NCBI GenBank assembly: GCA_963705165.1
Contig: CAVPJD010000004.1
Span: 1 to 48,330, forward strand
Length of the DNA: 48,330 nt
Direction of reading: 5' to 3'
DNA from: an uncultured delta proteobacterium
Lineage (GTDB): Bacteria > Desulfobacterota > Syntrophia > Syntrophales > UBA2192
This document shows positions 39,351-48,330 of this stretch, piece by piece. Position numbers and translations under genes: made by a program. Below the pieces are notes generated by a model. That model was not told where the DNA came from. It did no database searches and worked only from the letters and a program-made list of their open reading frames with translations. Each line of letters starts with the position of its first letter. Position 1 is the first letter of the stretch.

Positions 39351-39794
39351 TTACTCGATGACCTCGACCTTGCCGCCGGCCGCCTCGATCTTTTCTTTCG
39401 CGTTCTGGCTGATGGCATTCACCCTCACGGTGAGGGCCCTCTCGATCGTCCCCTTGGCGAGGATCTTGATCCCGTCGCCGATCTTACGGATCACACCGCC
39501 GGCCAGCAGGGCTGCGGCATCAACGGGGGCCTCCCCGGAGAAGCGGTTCAGCTGATCCAGATTGACGATGATAATCTCCTTGCGGAAGATATTCTTGAAG
39601 CCCTTCTTGGGGATCCGGCGCGCGAGCGGCATCTGGCCTCCCTCGTAGCCCGGCCTGGAGCTGTGGCCCGAACGGGCCTTGAGGCCCTTGTGCCCCTTCG
39701 TGGAGGTCCCGCCGTGGCCTGACCCGTCGCCACGGCCGACCCTCTTTCGCTTTTTCCTCGAACCCTCGGGGGGTCTCAGTTCACTGAGCTTCAT
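39351..39794 (-). CDS. rplO: 50S ribosomal protein L15
   Basis: RVGRG.GSG, GHKG, EGGQMPL and KIEAAGG. Confidence 0.97.
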   Translation of the reverse strand: MKLSELRPPEGSRKKRKRVGRGDGSGHGGTSTKGHKGLKARSGHSSRPGYEGGQMPLARRIPKKGFKNIFRKEIIIVNLDQLNRFSGEAPVDAAALLAGGVIRKIGDGIKILAKGTIERALTVRVNAISQNAKEKIEAAGGKVEVIE

Positions 39795-39799
39795 TGCAT

Positions 39800-39988
39800 T
39801 CACCCGCTGATTTCTTCTACGGCAACGAGATGGCTCACCTTGCCGACCATGCCCCGGATCTCGGGGGTATCCTTAAGCGTCACGCTCCGGTTCATCCGGA
39901 CAAGCCCCATGCCGCGCAGCACCTTGCGCTGCTTCTCGGGCCGCCCGATGGAGCTCTTCACCAGTGTAATCTTCAGTTTCTTTTCCAC
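39800..39988 (-). CDS. rpmD: 50S ribosomal protein L30
   Basis: [11 protein letters not shown] and [12 protein letters not shown]; probable GTG start. Confidence 0.93.
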   Translation of the reverse strand: MEKKLKITLVKSSIGRPEKQRKVLRGMGLVRMNRSVTLKDTPEIRGMVGKVSHLVAVEEISG

Positions 39989-40152
39989 GGTCCGTCCCTT
40001 CGCCGATCCTCTGCAGTTTTCGAAAAGCGCATCTTCACGGCTGCTCGAAAATGCCAAGATGTCATTGGGTTTTATTGACTCACCCGCTTCGCGGTAAGGA
40101 TCCATTCATCCATGGTTGCGCCCCCTGACGGGATGCGCCCCCGGTCAGCAGC

Positions 40153-40659
40153 CTATATGTCCGCCACGTCCTTGCCCCTCAAGGCCGCAATCTGACCGGC
40201 GGTTCGAAGCCTGCGGAGCCCGTTAAGGGTCGCCTTGACGAGGTTGTGGGGGTTGTGGGACCCCAGGCACTTCGTGAGCACGTTCTGCACGCCGGCCACT
40301 TCCAGCACGGCACGAACGGCGCCGCCTGCGATGAGGCCCGTTCCCTCCGAGGCGGGCTTCAGCATGACACGGCCCGCACCGAATTCCCCGACGATCTCGT
40401 GGGGGATCGTGCGCTCGCCGATGGAGAATTTCGCCATACTCTTGCGGGCCTTCTCCATCCCCTTGCGGATCGCCTCTGGCACCTCGTTGGCCTTGCCCAG
40501 GCCCGCGCCGACGGAACCCTTGCCGTCTCCGACAACCACGATGGCGCTGAACCTGAACCGCCGGCCGCCCTTCACGACCTTGGCCGTCCGGTTGATGGCC
40601 ACGACACGGTCCAGGACCTCCGTTTCTTCCACCCTGAATTCTTTTCTATCCCTGTCCAA
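40153..40659 (-). CDS. rpsE: 30S ribosomal protein S5
   Basis: [21 protein letters not shown] and GTGLIAGG. Confidence 0.98.
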   Translation of the reverse strand: MDRDRKEFRVEETEVLDRVVAINRTAKVVKGGRRFRFSAIVVVGDGKGSVGAGLGKANEVPEAIRKGMEKARKSMAKFSIGERTIPHEIVGEFGAGRVMLKPASEGTGLIAGGAVRAVLEVAGVQNVLTKCLGSHNPHNLVKATLNGLRRLRTAGQIAALRGKDVADI

Positions 40660-40688
40660 CGGTCACTCCCTCTTGTGAGATTCGGTGT

Positions 40689-41060
40689 CTAGAATTTCAG
40701 GCCTGCTTCCCTCGCGCCCTCGGCCAGAGCCTTCACCCGGCCATGATAGAGGAAGGAGCCGCGGTCGTACACAACCGTGTCGATCGTCATGGCCAGAAGC
40801 TTCTTCGCCATGAGCTTGCCCACTTCGGCGGCGGCGGCCGTCTTCTTCATCTTTGCGATCGCCTCGACGATCTCCTTGCTGAGCGTGGAGGCTTCGGCCA
40901 TCGTGCGGGCCGCCTCGTCGTCGACGGCCTGGACGTAGATATGCCGGGCGCTGCGGAACACAGCGAGGCGAGGACGTCCGGCCGTGCCGGCAACCTTCGC
41001 CCGGACACGCTTCTTGCGTTTATCCCTGACCTTCTTGAGCTTCTTGGCTGACGATAACAA
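40689..41060 (-). CDS. rplR: 50S ribosomal protein L18
   Basis: RPRLAVFRS and [19 protein letters not shown]. Confidence 0.97.
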   Translation of the reverse strand: MLSSAKKLKKVRDKRKKRVRAKVAGTAGRPRLAVFRSARHIYVQAVDDEAARTMAEASTLSKEIVEAIAKMKKTAAAAEVGKLMAKKLLAMTIDTVVYDRGSFLYHGRVKALAEGAREAGLKF

Positions 41061-41105
41061 TGTTCTGCCCCTCTTTGCGATGATAGGGTTATGAGCCGCG
41101 TGGCG

Positions 41106-41645
41106 TTACGCGCCTGCGGACTTGCCGACCTTGCGCCGCACGACTTCGCCTGCGTAGCGGATCCCCTTGCCCTTGTAGGGCTCGGGCTTGCGCTTGCTGC
41201 GGATTTCTGCGGCAGCGCGGCCCACCTGTTCCTTGTCGATCCCGGAGACGGTGAGGTTTATCAGCTTCTCGATTTTCACGGTGATCCCCTGCGGAACCTC
41301 GTAGATGCGGGGCACCGAGTACCCCACGAACAGCTTGAGCGTCGTGCCCGCCAGCTCCGCGCGGAAACCCACGCCGGAGATCTCGAGGCCCTTCGTGAAG
41401 CCTGCGCTCACCCCCGTGACCATGTTGGCGATCAGGGTCCGCATGAGGCCGTGCAGGGCCCCGGCCCGCCGGCCCTCGTGGGTGGTCCGTATGCTGAGGG
41501 TGTTGCCCTCCTGGACGACCTCGATATCCCGGGGCAGCGGCCTCGAGAGATTCCCCTTGGGTCCCGATACCTTGACCTCGCCGCCGGCGGCGACGACTGT
41601 CACCTTGTCCGGCAGGACGATGATTTTTTTTCCGATTCGTGACAT
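41106..41645 (-). CDS. rplF: 50S ribosomal protein L6
   Basis: MSRIGK and PEPYKGKGIRY. Confidence 0.98.
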   Translation of the reverse strand: MSRIGKKIIVLPDKVTVVAAGGEVKVSGPKGNLSRPLPRDIEVVQEGNTLSIRTTHEGRRAGALHGLMRTLIANMVTGVSAGFTKGLEISGVGFRAELAGTTLKLFVGYSVPRIYEVPQGITVKIEKLINLTVSGIDKEQVGRAAAEIRSKRKPEPYKGKGIRYAGEVVRRKVGKSAGA

Positions 41646-41667
41646 GGATGCCTCTCCTGACTTTCGC

Positions 41668-42084
41668 TTACCAGATGTTGCAGATGATCTCGCCGCCGAC
41701 GTTCTGCAGCCTGGCTTCCTTGTCCGTCATGATCCCCCGGGGCGTCGACACGATGGCCACCCCGAAGCCGTTGACCACCTTGGGGATCTTCTTGCTCGAA
41801 ACGTAGATCCGCCGGCCCGGTTTGCTCACCCGCTGAAGGTCCTGGATGACGCGCTCTTTCGTGTCCGTGTACTTGAGGTAGATCTTGAGGATGTCCTTCT
41901 TGTTCTGGTCCTTCTTGTTCTGGTCCTTCTTCACGTCGAACCCGCTGATGTAGCCGGCCCGTTTCAGGACCTTCACGATCTCCAGGTTCACGCTCGAGAG
42001 CTGGGCGTTCACGCTCCGGAACTTCATCCGGTTGGCGTTACGGACTCTCGTCATCATATCCGCAATAGGATCGGTCATACCCAT
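41668..42084 (-). CDS. rpsH: 30S ribosomal protein S8 (with 5-aa tandem duplication)
   Basis: TDPIADM.TR.RNA, SKPGRRIY and GGEIIC. Confidence 0.97.
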   Translation of the reverse strand: MGMTDPIADMMTRVRNANRMKFRSVNAQLSSVNLEIVKVLKRAGYISGFDVKKDQNKKDQNKKDILKIYLKYTDTKERVIQDLQRVSKPGRRIYVSSKKIPKVVNGFGVAIVSTPRGIMTDKEARLQNVGGEIICNIW

Positions 42085-42103
42085 AAAAGCTTCTCCTCGT
42101 TGT

Positions 42104-42289
42104 CTACCAGCTCGACTTGATCACGCCCGGAAGTTCTCCCCACGAAGCGTACTTACGCAGACAGATGCGGCACATATTGAACTTGCGGTAGTACGCACGG
42201 GGTCTCCCGCAGATCGGGCAGCGATTGTACTCTCGGACGGAGAATTTCTGCTGCCTCTTCGCTTTTGCAATCAAGGATTTCTTTGCCAA
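42104..42289 (-). CDS. rpsN: 30S ribosomal protein S14 type Z
   Basis: 61 aa, RCPICGR...CRIC zinc motif. Confidence 0.97.
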   Translation of the reverse strand: MAKKSLIAKAKRQQKFSVREYNRCPICGRPRAYYRKFNMCRICLRKYASWGELPGVIKSSW

Positions 42290-42310
42290 GGTGTTCCTCC
42301 GTTTCGGATC

Positions 42311-42850
42311 CTAATTCTTGAAGGGCATCCCCATGAGCTTGAGCAGATGCCGGGCTTCCTCATCGTTCCTCGCCGTCGTGACGATGACCACGTTCATGCC
42401 CTTGACCTTGTCGATCTTGTCGTAGTCGATCTCGGGGAAGATGAACTGCTCCTTGATCCCCATGGCGAAGTTGCCGCGGCCGTCGAAGGAGCCGGGCGAA
42501 ATGCCCCGGAAGTCACGGATGCGGGGAAGCGCCACGTTCACCAACCGGTCATAGAACTCGTACATGCGCTCCTTGCGAAGGGTGACCATGGCGCCGATGG
42601 GCATGCCCTGGCGCAGCTTGAAGGTGGCGATGGACTTGCGGGCTTTCGTGATGACCGCCTTCTGGCCCGTGAGGGCCCCGATCTCCGCCGACGCACTCTC
42701 GAGGATCTTGATGTTCTGGATCGCCTCGCCAAGGCCCATGTTCACGATGATCTTCTCCAGCCGGGGCACCTGCATGGTGCTCGTGTACCCGAACTGTTTC
42801 ATCATGGCCGGGACGACTTCGCTCTTGTAATAGTCTTTCAGTCTTGCCAT
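42311..42850 (-). CDS. rplE: 50S ribosomal protein L5
   Basis: [15 protein letters not shown] and FPEI. Confidence 0.98.
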   Translation of the reverse strand: MARLKDYYKSEVVPAMMKQFGYTSTMQVPRLEKIIVNMGLGEAIQNIKILESASAEIGALTGQKAVITKARKSIATFKLRQGMPIGAMVTLRKERMYEFYDRLVNVALPRIRDFRGISPGSFDGRGNFAMGIKEQFIFPEIDYDKIDKVKGMNVVIVTTARNDEEARHLLKLMGMPFKN

Positions 42851-42867
42851 TGATCTCTATCCCCAGG

Positions 42868-43188
42868 CTACTGGTCGATCTGTTCGTTGCACGCCTTGCA
42901 CACCCGCACCTTCTTGCCGTCCTCGAGGGTCTTGAACCCGATGCGGACGCCGGTCGCGCACTTCGTACAAACGGGAGCGACGTTGGAGGCGTCCAGCGCG
43001 GCCTCCTTTTCCATGATCCCGCCCTTGCTCTTCTGATCGGGCCGCTGGTGCCGCTTGATCATGTTGAGCTTCTCGATCACGACTCGCTTCCCGTCGGCGA
43101 GGATCTTGGTGACCTTGCCGGTCTTGCCCTTTTCCCTGCCGGCGATGATTTTGACCGTGTCGCCTTTTTTCAATCGGTTCGTCTGCAT
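42868..43188 (-). CDS. rplX: 50S ribosomal protein L24
   Basis: KKGDTV.IIAG..KGKTG KOW motif and SNV. Confidence 0.96.
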   Translation of the reverse strand: MQTNRLKKGDTVKIIAGREKGKTGKVTKILADGKRVVIEKLNMIKRHQRPDQKSKGGIMEKEAALDASNVAPVCTKCATGVRIGFKTLEDGKKVRVCKACNEQIDQ

Positions 43189-43211
43189 GGTCGTTTCCTG
43201 TTCCCTGCGGC

Positions 43212-43580
43212 TCACAGCACTTCCGGAGCCAGCGAGATGATCTTCATAAACTGCTTGGCGCGAAGCTCACGGGCCACGGGCCCGAAAATGCGGGTCCCCA
43301 CGGGCTCCATCTGGTTGTTGATGAGCACCGCCGAGTTGTCGTCGAATTTCAGGTATGTCCCGTCGGTCCGCCGGACCTCTTTCCTCGTCCGCACGACAAC
43401 GGCCTTCATGACGTCGCCCTTCTTCACCTTCGCGTTGGGAATGGCCTCCTTGACGGAAACCACGATGATATCCCCCACGGTGGCAAAAACCTTCCGCGTT
43501 CCTCCCAGCACGCCGATGCAGGACACCTTCTTTGCGCCCGAGTTATCTGCGGCATTCAAAATGGTTCGCACCTGAATCAT
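43212..43580 (-). CDS. rplN: 50S ribosomal protein L14
   Basis: [19 protein letters not shown] and SLAPEVL. Confidence 0.98.
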   Translation of the reverse strand: MIQVRTILNAADNSGAKKVSCIGVLGGTRKVFATVGDIIVVSVKEAIPNAKVKKGDVMKAVVVRTRKEVRRTDGTYLKFDDNSAVLINNQMEPVGTRIFGPVARELRAKQFMKIISLAPEVL

Positions 43581-43621
43581 ATCGTCACCCCGTTCCTACC
43601 CTGCCTGTTTGCGCCCCCTGG

Positions 43622-43879
43622 CTACTTCGCTTTTTCCAGGATCTCGCGCACCCTCCAGCGCTTGTCCCGACTCAGAGGACGGGACTCCACGATCAGGACC
43701 TTGTCGCCGATGCCGCACTCGCTGCGCTCGTCATGGGCCTTGTGCTTCTGGTGCTGCCGCATGTACTTCCGGAAGCCCTTGTGCTTGACGAGCCGCTCGC
43801 TTTTCACGACGACAGTCTTGTCCATCTTGTTGCTGACGACGACTCCCTTGATGGTCCGCTTGTTGCCCCTCTCGTCCAT
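43622..43879 (-). CDS. rpsQ: 30S ribosomal protein S17
   Basis: [18 protein letters not shown] and RPLS..KRW. Confidence 0.97.
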   Translation of the reverse strand: MDERGNKRTIKGVVVSNKMDKTVVVKSERLVKHKGFRKYMRQHQKHKAHDERSECGIGDKVLIVESRPLSRDKRWRVREILEKAK

Positions 43880-43881
43880 AC

Positions 43882-44076
43882 CTATTTCTGCAGCTCCTTC
43901 CGCTTCATGACGGTTTTGATGCGGGCGATGTCCCTGCGGACGTTCTTCAGCGCCGCGGGGGAGTCCAGCTGCCCCGTCGTGTGCCTGATTTTCAACTTGA
44001 AGAGCTCGTCCACCAGGTCCCGTTCCTTCACCCGGAGCTCGTCGATGCCGAGATCCCTTATTTCCTTAATCTTCAT
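43882..44076 (-). CDS. rpmC: 50S ribosomal protein L29
   Basis: ELFKL, GQL and RRDIARIKT. Confidence 0.96.
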   Translation of the reverse strand: MKIKEIRDLGIDELRVKERDLVDELFKLKIRHTTGQLDSPAALKNVRRDIARIKTVMKRKELQK

Positions 44077-44488
44077 CGAAGATATCCCTCGTTAGAAATT
44101 TCGTCGGAATGGCCAGCTTGTTGGCCGCCAGCCGGAAGGCTTCCTTGGCCACGTCGAGTGTCACGCCTTCCATTTCGTACATCACGGTGCCGGGTTTCAC
44201 GATGGCGATCCACCCTTCCGGGGGGCCCTTTCCCTTCCCCATGCGGGTTTCGGCGGGCTTTTTCGTAAAGGATTTGTGGGGGAAGATCCGGATCCAGATT
44301 TTGCCGCCGCGCTTGATGTGGCGCGTCATGGCGACACGGGCCGCTTCGATCTGCTGGGCCGTGATCCGTCCCGGCGCCAGGGACTGGAGCCCATACTGGC
44401 CGAAAGAGACCTCGTTGCCCCTGGTGGCCTTGCCGCCCAGGTTCCCCTTCTGGATCTTTCTGTACTTGACTCGTTTCGGGCTTAACAT
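44066..44488 (-). CDS. rplP: 50S ribosomal protein L16
   Basis: [14 protein letters not shown] and RMGKGKG. Confidence 0.98.
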   Translation of the reverse strand: MLSPKRVKYRKIQKGNLGGKATRGNEVSFGQYGLQSLAPGRITAQQIEAARVAMTRHIKRGGKIWIRIFPHKSFTKKPAETRMGKGKGPPEGWIAIVKPGTVMYEMEGVTLDVAKEAFRLAANKLAIPTKFLTRDIFDED

Positions 44489-44521
44489 CGTCTATGTCTC
44501 CTCGTAACAATCCCCGCCGTC

Positions 44522-45169
44522 CTAGGCGCTGACCGGCTTCTTGTCAGGCAGCACGTCCCCATGATAGATAAGCACCTTGATCCCGATGGCCCCGTAGGTC
44601 GTCCGCGCCTCGGTAAAGCCGTAGTCAATATCGGCCCGCAGGGTGTGCAGGGGCACCTTGCCCTCGCGGTACCATTCCGTCCGTGACATCTCCGCGCCTC
44701 CAAGCCTGCCCGAGCAGGTGATGCGGATGCCCTTGGCGCCGAACTTCAGGGCGGAGGTGACGCTTTTCTTCATGGCCCGCCGGAAGGCGATCCTGCGCTC
44801 GAGCTGCAGGGCCACGTTCTCGGCCACGAGCTGGGCATCGATTTCGGGTTTGCGGACCTCCATGATGTTGATGATCGTCTCACCGCCGGTCATGCCGTCG
44901 AGGTCCTTCTTGAGCTTCTCGATCTCGGAGCCCTTCTTGCCGATGATGATGCCGGGGCGGGCGGCATAGATGTTCACCTTTGCCTTTTCGGCGGCCCGCT
45001 CGATCTCGATCTTCGAGATGCCCGCGTGGTAGAATTTTTTCTTCAGGAACTTTCGGAGCTTGATGTCCTGGTGGACGAGGTCGCCGTATTTCTTCTCGGC
45101 GAACCACTTCGAGCTCCAGCTCTTGTTGATCCCCAGCCTCAATCCGATCGGGTTAACCTTCTGGCCCAA
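44522..45169 (-). CDS. rpsC: 30S ribosomal protein S3
   Basis: [21 protein letters not shown] and [11 protein letters not shown]. Confidence 0.98.
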   Translation of the reverse strand: MGQKVNPIGLRLGINKSWSSKWFAEKKYGDLVHQDIKLRKFLKKKFYHAGISKIEIERAAEKAKVNIYAARPGIIIGKKGSEIEKLKKDLDGMTGGETIINIMEVRKPEIDAQLVAENVALQLERRIAFRRAMKKSVTSALKFGAKGIRITCSGRLGGAEMSRTEWYREGKVPLHTLRADIDYGFTEARTTYGAIGIKVLIYHGDVLPDKKPVSA

Positions 45170-45188
45170 GATGAAAACCTCCTTCGTG

Positions 45189-45521
45189 TTACTGCTCGTC
45201 GAGAACGACGGTGATGTGGCTCATCCGGCGCTTGATGGCCGCCGAGCGTCCCATGGTCTTGGCCTTCTGACGTTTCATGGCCGGCCCCTGGTCCACAAAG
45301 ATTTCCTTCACATAGAGGATCTTATCGTCGATGTTGGGGTTCTGCGTCGCATTGGCCAGGGCGCTCTTGAGCACCTTCTGGACGAGCCCGGCGGCCCGCT
45401 TGCGCGAAAACTCCAGGATCCGGTCGGCCTCCTCGACCTTCATGCCCCGGACCAGATTGACGACAAGCCGCGCCTTCTGCGGCGATATCCTCAAGAATCT
45501 TGCAATTGCTTTTGCTTCCAT
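45189..45521 (-). CDS. rplV: 50S ribosomal protein L22
   Basis: [16 protein letters not shown] and SHITVV. Confidence 0.97.
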   Translation of the reverse strand: MEAKAIARFLRISPQKARLVVNLVRGMKVEEADRILEFSRKRAAGLVQKVLKSALANATQNPNIDDKILYVKEIFVDQGPAMKRQKAKTMGRSAAIKRRMSHITVVLDEQ

Positions 45522-45563
45522 GAAGTCCTATCTCCGGTTTTCCGGTTTCACCGCCTGCGGCGA

Positions 45564-45845
45564 CTACTTGCGCATCTTTGTCTTGCGGTCGCCGGCGTGG
45601 CTGAAGAACGTCCTCGTCGGCGCGAACTCCCCGAGCTTGTGGCCCACCATGTTCTCCGTGACAAACACGGGGATGAACTTTTTGCCGTTGTGCACGGCAA
45701 AGGTGTGCCCGATGAACTCCGGGGTAACAGTGGAACGGCGCGACCAGGTCTTGATGATCCCCCGGTCCCCGCCCGCATCGGCCCTCCGGACCTTCTCCGC
45801 AAGCCTCGCCTCGATAAACGGGCCTTTCTTGACTGAGCGTGGCAC
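45564..45845 (-). CDS. rpsS: 30S ribosomal protein S19
   Basis: [14 protein letters not shown] and [11 protein letters not shown]. Confidence 0.98.
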   Translation of the reverse strand: MPRSVKKGPFIEARLAEKVRRADAGGDRGIIKTWSRRSTVTPEFIGHTFAVHNGKKFIPVFVTENMVGHKLGEFAPTRTFFSHAGDRKTKMRK

Positions 45846-46672
45846 TATTTCTTATCCCTCTTCTTGATGATGTATTTGTCGGTGGTCTTGTTCTTGCGCG
45901 TCTTGTAGCCCTTCGTCGGCACGCCCCAGGGGGTACAGGGGTGTCGGCCGCCCGATGTCTTGCCTTCGCCGCCGCCCATGGGGTGGTCGACGGGGTTCAT
46001 GGCGACACCGCGCACATGGGGCTTCTTGCCCAGCCAGCGGTTGCGGCCCGCTTTGCCGATGCTGATGCCTTCGTGCGTGACGTTTCCCACCTGGCCGATG
46101 GTGGCCTTGCACTCGATGAAAATCTTCCGGACCTCACCGGAGGGAAGCCTCACCTGGGCGTAGTCGCCTTCCTTGGCCATGAGCTGCGCGTAGGTGCCGG
46201 CGGAACGGACCATCTGGGCGCCCTTGCCGGGGCGCAGCTCGATGTTGTGGATGTGCGAGCCCAGGGGGACGTTTCGCAGCGACATCGCGTTGCCGGGCTT
46301 GATGTCGGCCGAGGCACTCGTGATGATCGGGTCGCCCACTTTCAGGTCCACGGGGGCCACGATGTAGCGCTTCTCGCCGTCGGCGTAGCTCACGAGCGCG
46401 ATCCGCGCCGAGCGGTTCGGGTCGTACTCGATGGTCTTCACCTTGGCGGGGATGTCCGTCTTCTCGCGGCGGAAATCCACCACGCGGTACTTGCGTTTGT
46501 GCCCTCCCCCGCGGTGACGGCTCGTCAGACGGCCGAGGTTGTTGCGGCCGCCCGTTCTCTTCACCGGCTTCGTGAGGCTCTTCTCGGGCTCCACCGCGGT
46601 AATCTCCTCGAAGGTCGAGTAGGTCTGGTACCTTCGGGCCGGTGAAGTCGGCTTCATGGTCTTGATCGCCAT
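45845..46672 (-). CDS. rplB: 50S ribosomal protein L2
   Basis: [18 protein letters not shown] and [15 protein letters not shown]. Confidence 0.98.
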   Translation of the reverse strand: MAIKTMKPTSPARRYQTYSTFEEITAVEPEKSLTKPVKRTGGRNNLGRLTSRHRGGGHKRKYRVVDFRREKTDIPAKVKTIEYDPNRSARIALVSYADGEKRYIVAPVDLKVGDPIITSASADIKPGNAMSLRNVPLGSHIHNIELRPGKGAQMVRSAGTYAQLMAKEGDYAQVRLPSGEVRKIFIECKATIGQVGNVTHEGISIGKAGRNRWLGKKPHVRGVAMNPVDHPMGGGEGKTSGGRHPCTPWGVPTKGYKTRKNKTTDKYIIKKRDKK

Positions 46673-46688
46673 CGGTCGTTGTCCTTAT

Positions 46689-46973
46689 CTAGACTTTGTC
46701 GAATATCTCAATCGTGCTGCCGGGGGCCACGGTGACAATGGCCTTCTTCCAGTCGCTCTTCTTTCCCTGCAGCCGTCCTACGCGTTTCTTCTTTCCGAGA
46801 ACGTTCAGGGTCCGTACGTCGACGACCTTCACCTTGAACAGTTTCTCCACGGCCTTCTCGATCTCGATCTTGTTGGCCCGCGGGTCCACCTCGAAGAGGT
46901 ACTGGTTGCCCTCGCGCAGGAGGGTCGTCTTTTCGGTCACGAGCGGCCGTCGGATGATCTTGTGGAGTTCCAT
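46689..46973 (-). CDS. rplW: 50S ribosomal protein L23
   Basis: PLVTEK, ANKIEI and WKKAIV. Confidence 0.97.
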   Translation of the reverse strand: MELHKIIRRPLVTEKTTLLREGNQYLFEVDPRANKIEIEKAVEKLFKVKVVDVRTLNVLGKKKRVGRLQGKKSDWKKAIVTVAPGSTIEIFDKV

Positions 46974-47593
46974 TACGTCAGCGCCCCTTCTATCTTTTGG
47001 ATCGAGGGCTCCAGAAGCACGAGGCTGTCGTACTTGAGAAGATCATACACGTTGATGCCCTCGCATCGCATCATTTTCACATCGGGGAGGTTCCGGGAGG
47101 ACTTCTCGAGGATCTCGCTTGCGCGGTCGATCACGACGAGGGTCTTCTTGAGCCCGAAGCGGTCGAGAACCTCCTTGAACTTCTTCGTCTTCATTTCGGC
47201 CAGGGGGAAGTTCTGGATCACCAGGAGCTTCTCCTCCTTCACCTTCATGCTGAGCGCCGAGATGAGGGCGAGCCTGCGCACCTTCTTGGGCACCGTGTAG
47301 GAGTGGTCCCGGGGGGTGGGCCCGAAAACCGTTCCGCCGCCCCTCCAGAGGGGGGAGCGGATCGTTCCCGCGCGGGCCCGTCCGGTGCCCTTCTGTCGCC
47401 AAGGCTTTTTGCCGCCGCCGCGGATTTCGCTGCGCCCCTTGGTGTCGTGGGTGCCCTGCCGTTTCGCCGCCATCTGCATCCGGACGACCTCATAGATGAC
47501 GTCCTGGTTGACATCGGCACCGAAGACGGCATCGCTGAGCGACACCTCGGCCACCTTGTTCTTCTCGATATCGTATACACTCACCACCGGCAT
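46973..47593 (-). CDS. rplD: 50S ribosomal protein L4
   Basis: [12 protein letters not shown] and GGGTVFGP. Confidence 0.98.
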   Translation of the reverse strand: MPVVSVYDIEKNKVAEVSLSDAVFGADVNQDVIYEVVRMQMAAKRQGTHDTKGRSEIRGGGKKPWRQKGTGRARAGTIRSPLWRGGGTVFGPTPRDHSYTVPKKVRRLALISALSMKVKEEKLLVIQNFPLAEMKTKKFKEVLDRFGLKKTLVVIDRASEILEKSSRNLPDVKMMRCEGINVYDLLKYDSLVLLEPSIQKIEGALT

Positions 47594-47616
47594 GGCTTGT
47601 TCACTCCAGTTGTTTC

Positions 47617-48249
47617 TCAGCTCTTTTTAACGGCGTTCTTGATCACGACGATCCCGTTCTTGCTCCCCGGGACGGCCCCCTTCACAAGGATGACGTTGAG
47701 ATCGGTGCGCACCCCGATGATGAGGAGGTTCTGCACCGTCTTGCGCGCATCGCCCATGTGGCCCGGAAGCCGCTGTCCTTTGAACACGCGGGAGGGCGCG
47801 GCGCTTGCCCCGATGGAGCCCGGCGCCCGGTGGAACATGGAGCCGTGGGTCGCCTTGCCGCCGTGGAAGCCGTGCCGCTTCACGCCGCCGGCAAACCCGC
47901 GGCCCTTGCTCGTCCCGGTGACATCGACGAAGTCTCCCACCTCGAAGATGGACGCCGTCAGTTCCTGCCCCGGCTCAAGCTCGACCGCCGCCAGGGTCTT
48001 GAACTCTCGCAGCACACGGAAGAAACCCCGGTCGGCCTTTGCGAAGTGGCCCTGCAGGGGTTTCGTCACGTTCTTCTGCCTCTTGCGGTCAAAGCCGAGC
48101 TGGATGGCATTGTAGCCGTCCGCCTCTTCGGTCTTTTTCTGTATCACGGTGCAGGGTCCCGCCTCGATCACCGTGACGGGAACCGAGGCCCCGTCGGCGG
48201 CGAAGATCTGGGTCATCCCCAACTTTCTACCTATCAATCCCTTTTCCAT
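47617..48249 (-). CDS. rplC: 50S ribosomal protein L3
   Basis: KLGMTQIF, PVTVI, SKGRGFAG, HRAPGSIG and GHMG. Confidence 0.98.
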   Translation of the reverse strand: MEKGLIGRKLGMTQIFAADGASVPVTVIEAGPCTVIQKKTEEADGYNAIQLGFDRKRQKNVTKPLQGHFAKADRGFFRVLREFKTLAAVELEPGQELTASIFEVGDFVDVTGTSKGRGFAGGVKRHGFHGGKATHGSMFHRAPGSIGASAAPSRVFKGQRLPGHMGDARKTVQNLLIIGVRTDLNVILVKGAVPGSKNGIVVIKNAVKKS

Positions 48250-48286
48250 AGCATCCACTTCCGCGCTCGCTGTGCGTGAGAGGACG

Positions 48287-48324
48287 AAAAAGGAGATGGA
48301 CCTGAGGACAACCCGTCCATCTCC
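48287..48324 (-). terminator. Terminator-like hairpin immediately upstream of rplC
   Basis: GGAGATGGAC / GTCCATCTCC perfect 10-bp stem followed by TTTTT on the minus strand. Confidence 0.65.
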
Positions 48325-48330
48325 GTGTCG

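Noticed and set aside
42868..42990. CxxC...CxxC in uL24 as a novel zinc ribbon
   Set aside because: Cys-containing uL24 C-termini occur in many anaerobes, consistent with the other Cys-containing ribosomal proteins here (S4, S14, L36)

Overview
GC-rich bacterial chromosome segment, probably from an anaerobic deltaproteobacterium (Desulfobacterota, Syntrophales-like). That taxonomy is inferred from gene content and order, not demonstrated. The right half (about 25.5-48.3 kb, minus strand) is core housekeeping: the S10-spc-alpha ribosomal cluster from rplC to rplQ, then folC-lptD, rplM-rpsI-argC and cysS. The left half is mixed: a Cu-type P1B ATPase, SRAP, MATE, baeRF, GDPD, a flavodiiron protein, typA, a divergent YchF paralog, an L,D-transpeptidase cluster and an epmB-efp-epmA cluster. 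The best signals are not in the ORF track. (1) A hidden selenoprotein: thioredoxin fold with UxxC, in-frame TGA, a SECIS-like hairpin and a sigma54 promoter (1501-2070). (2) A solitary integron gene cassette (SAM methyltransferase plus an aadA-type attC) next to a tandem tyrosine-recombinase remnant with no IntI. (3) A riboswitch-like leader resembling the nhaA-I (Li+/Na+) motif, in front of an uncharacterised gene. (4) An unknown structured leader or sRNA with two tandem terminators in front of typA. (5) A putative leaderless small membrane-protein gene. (6) Many short-period tandem repeats and REP/MITE-like intergenic elements. No rRNA, tRNA or CRISPR array was seen.
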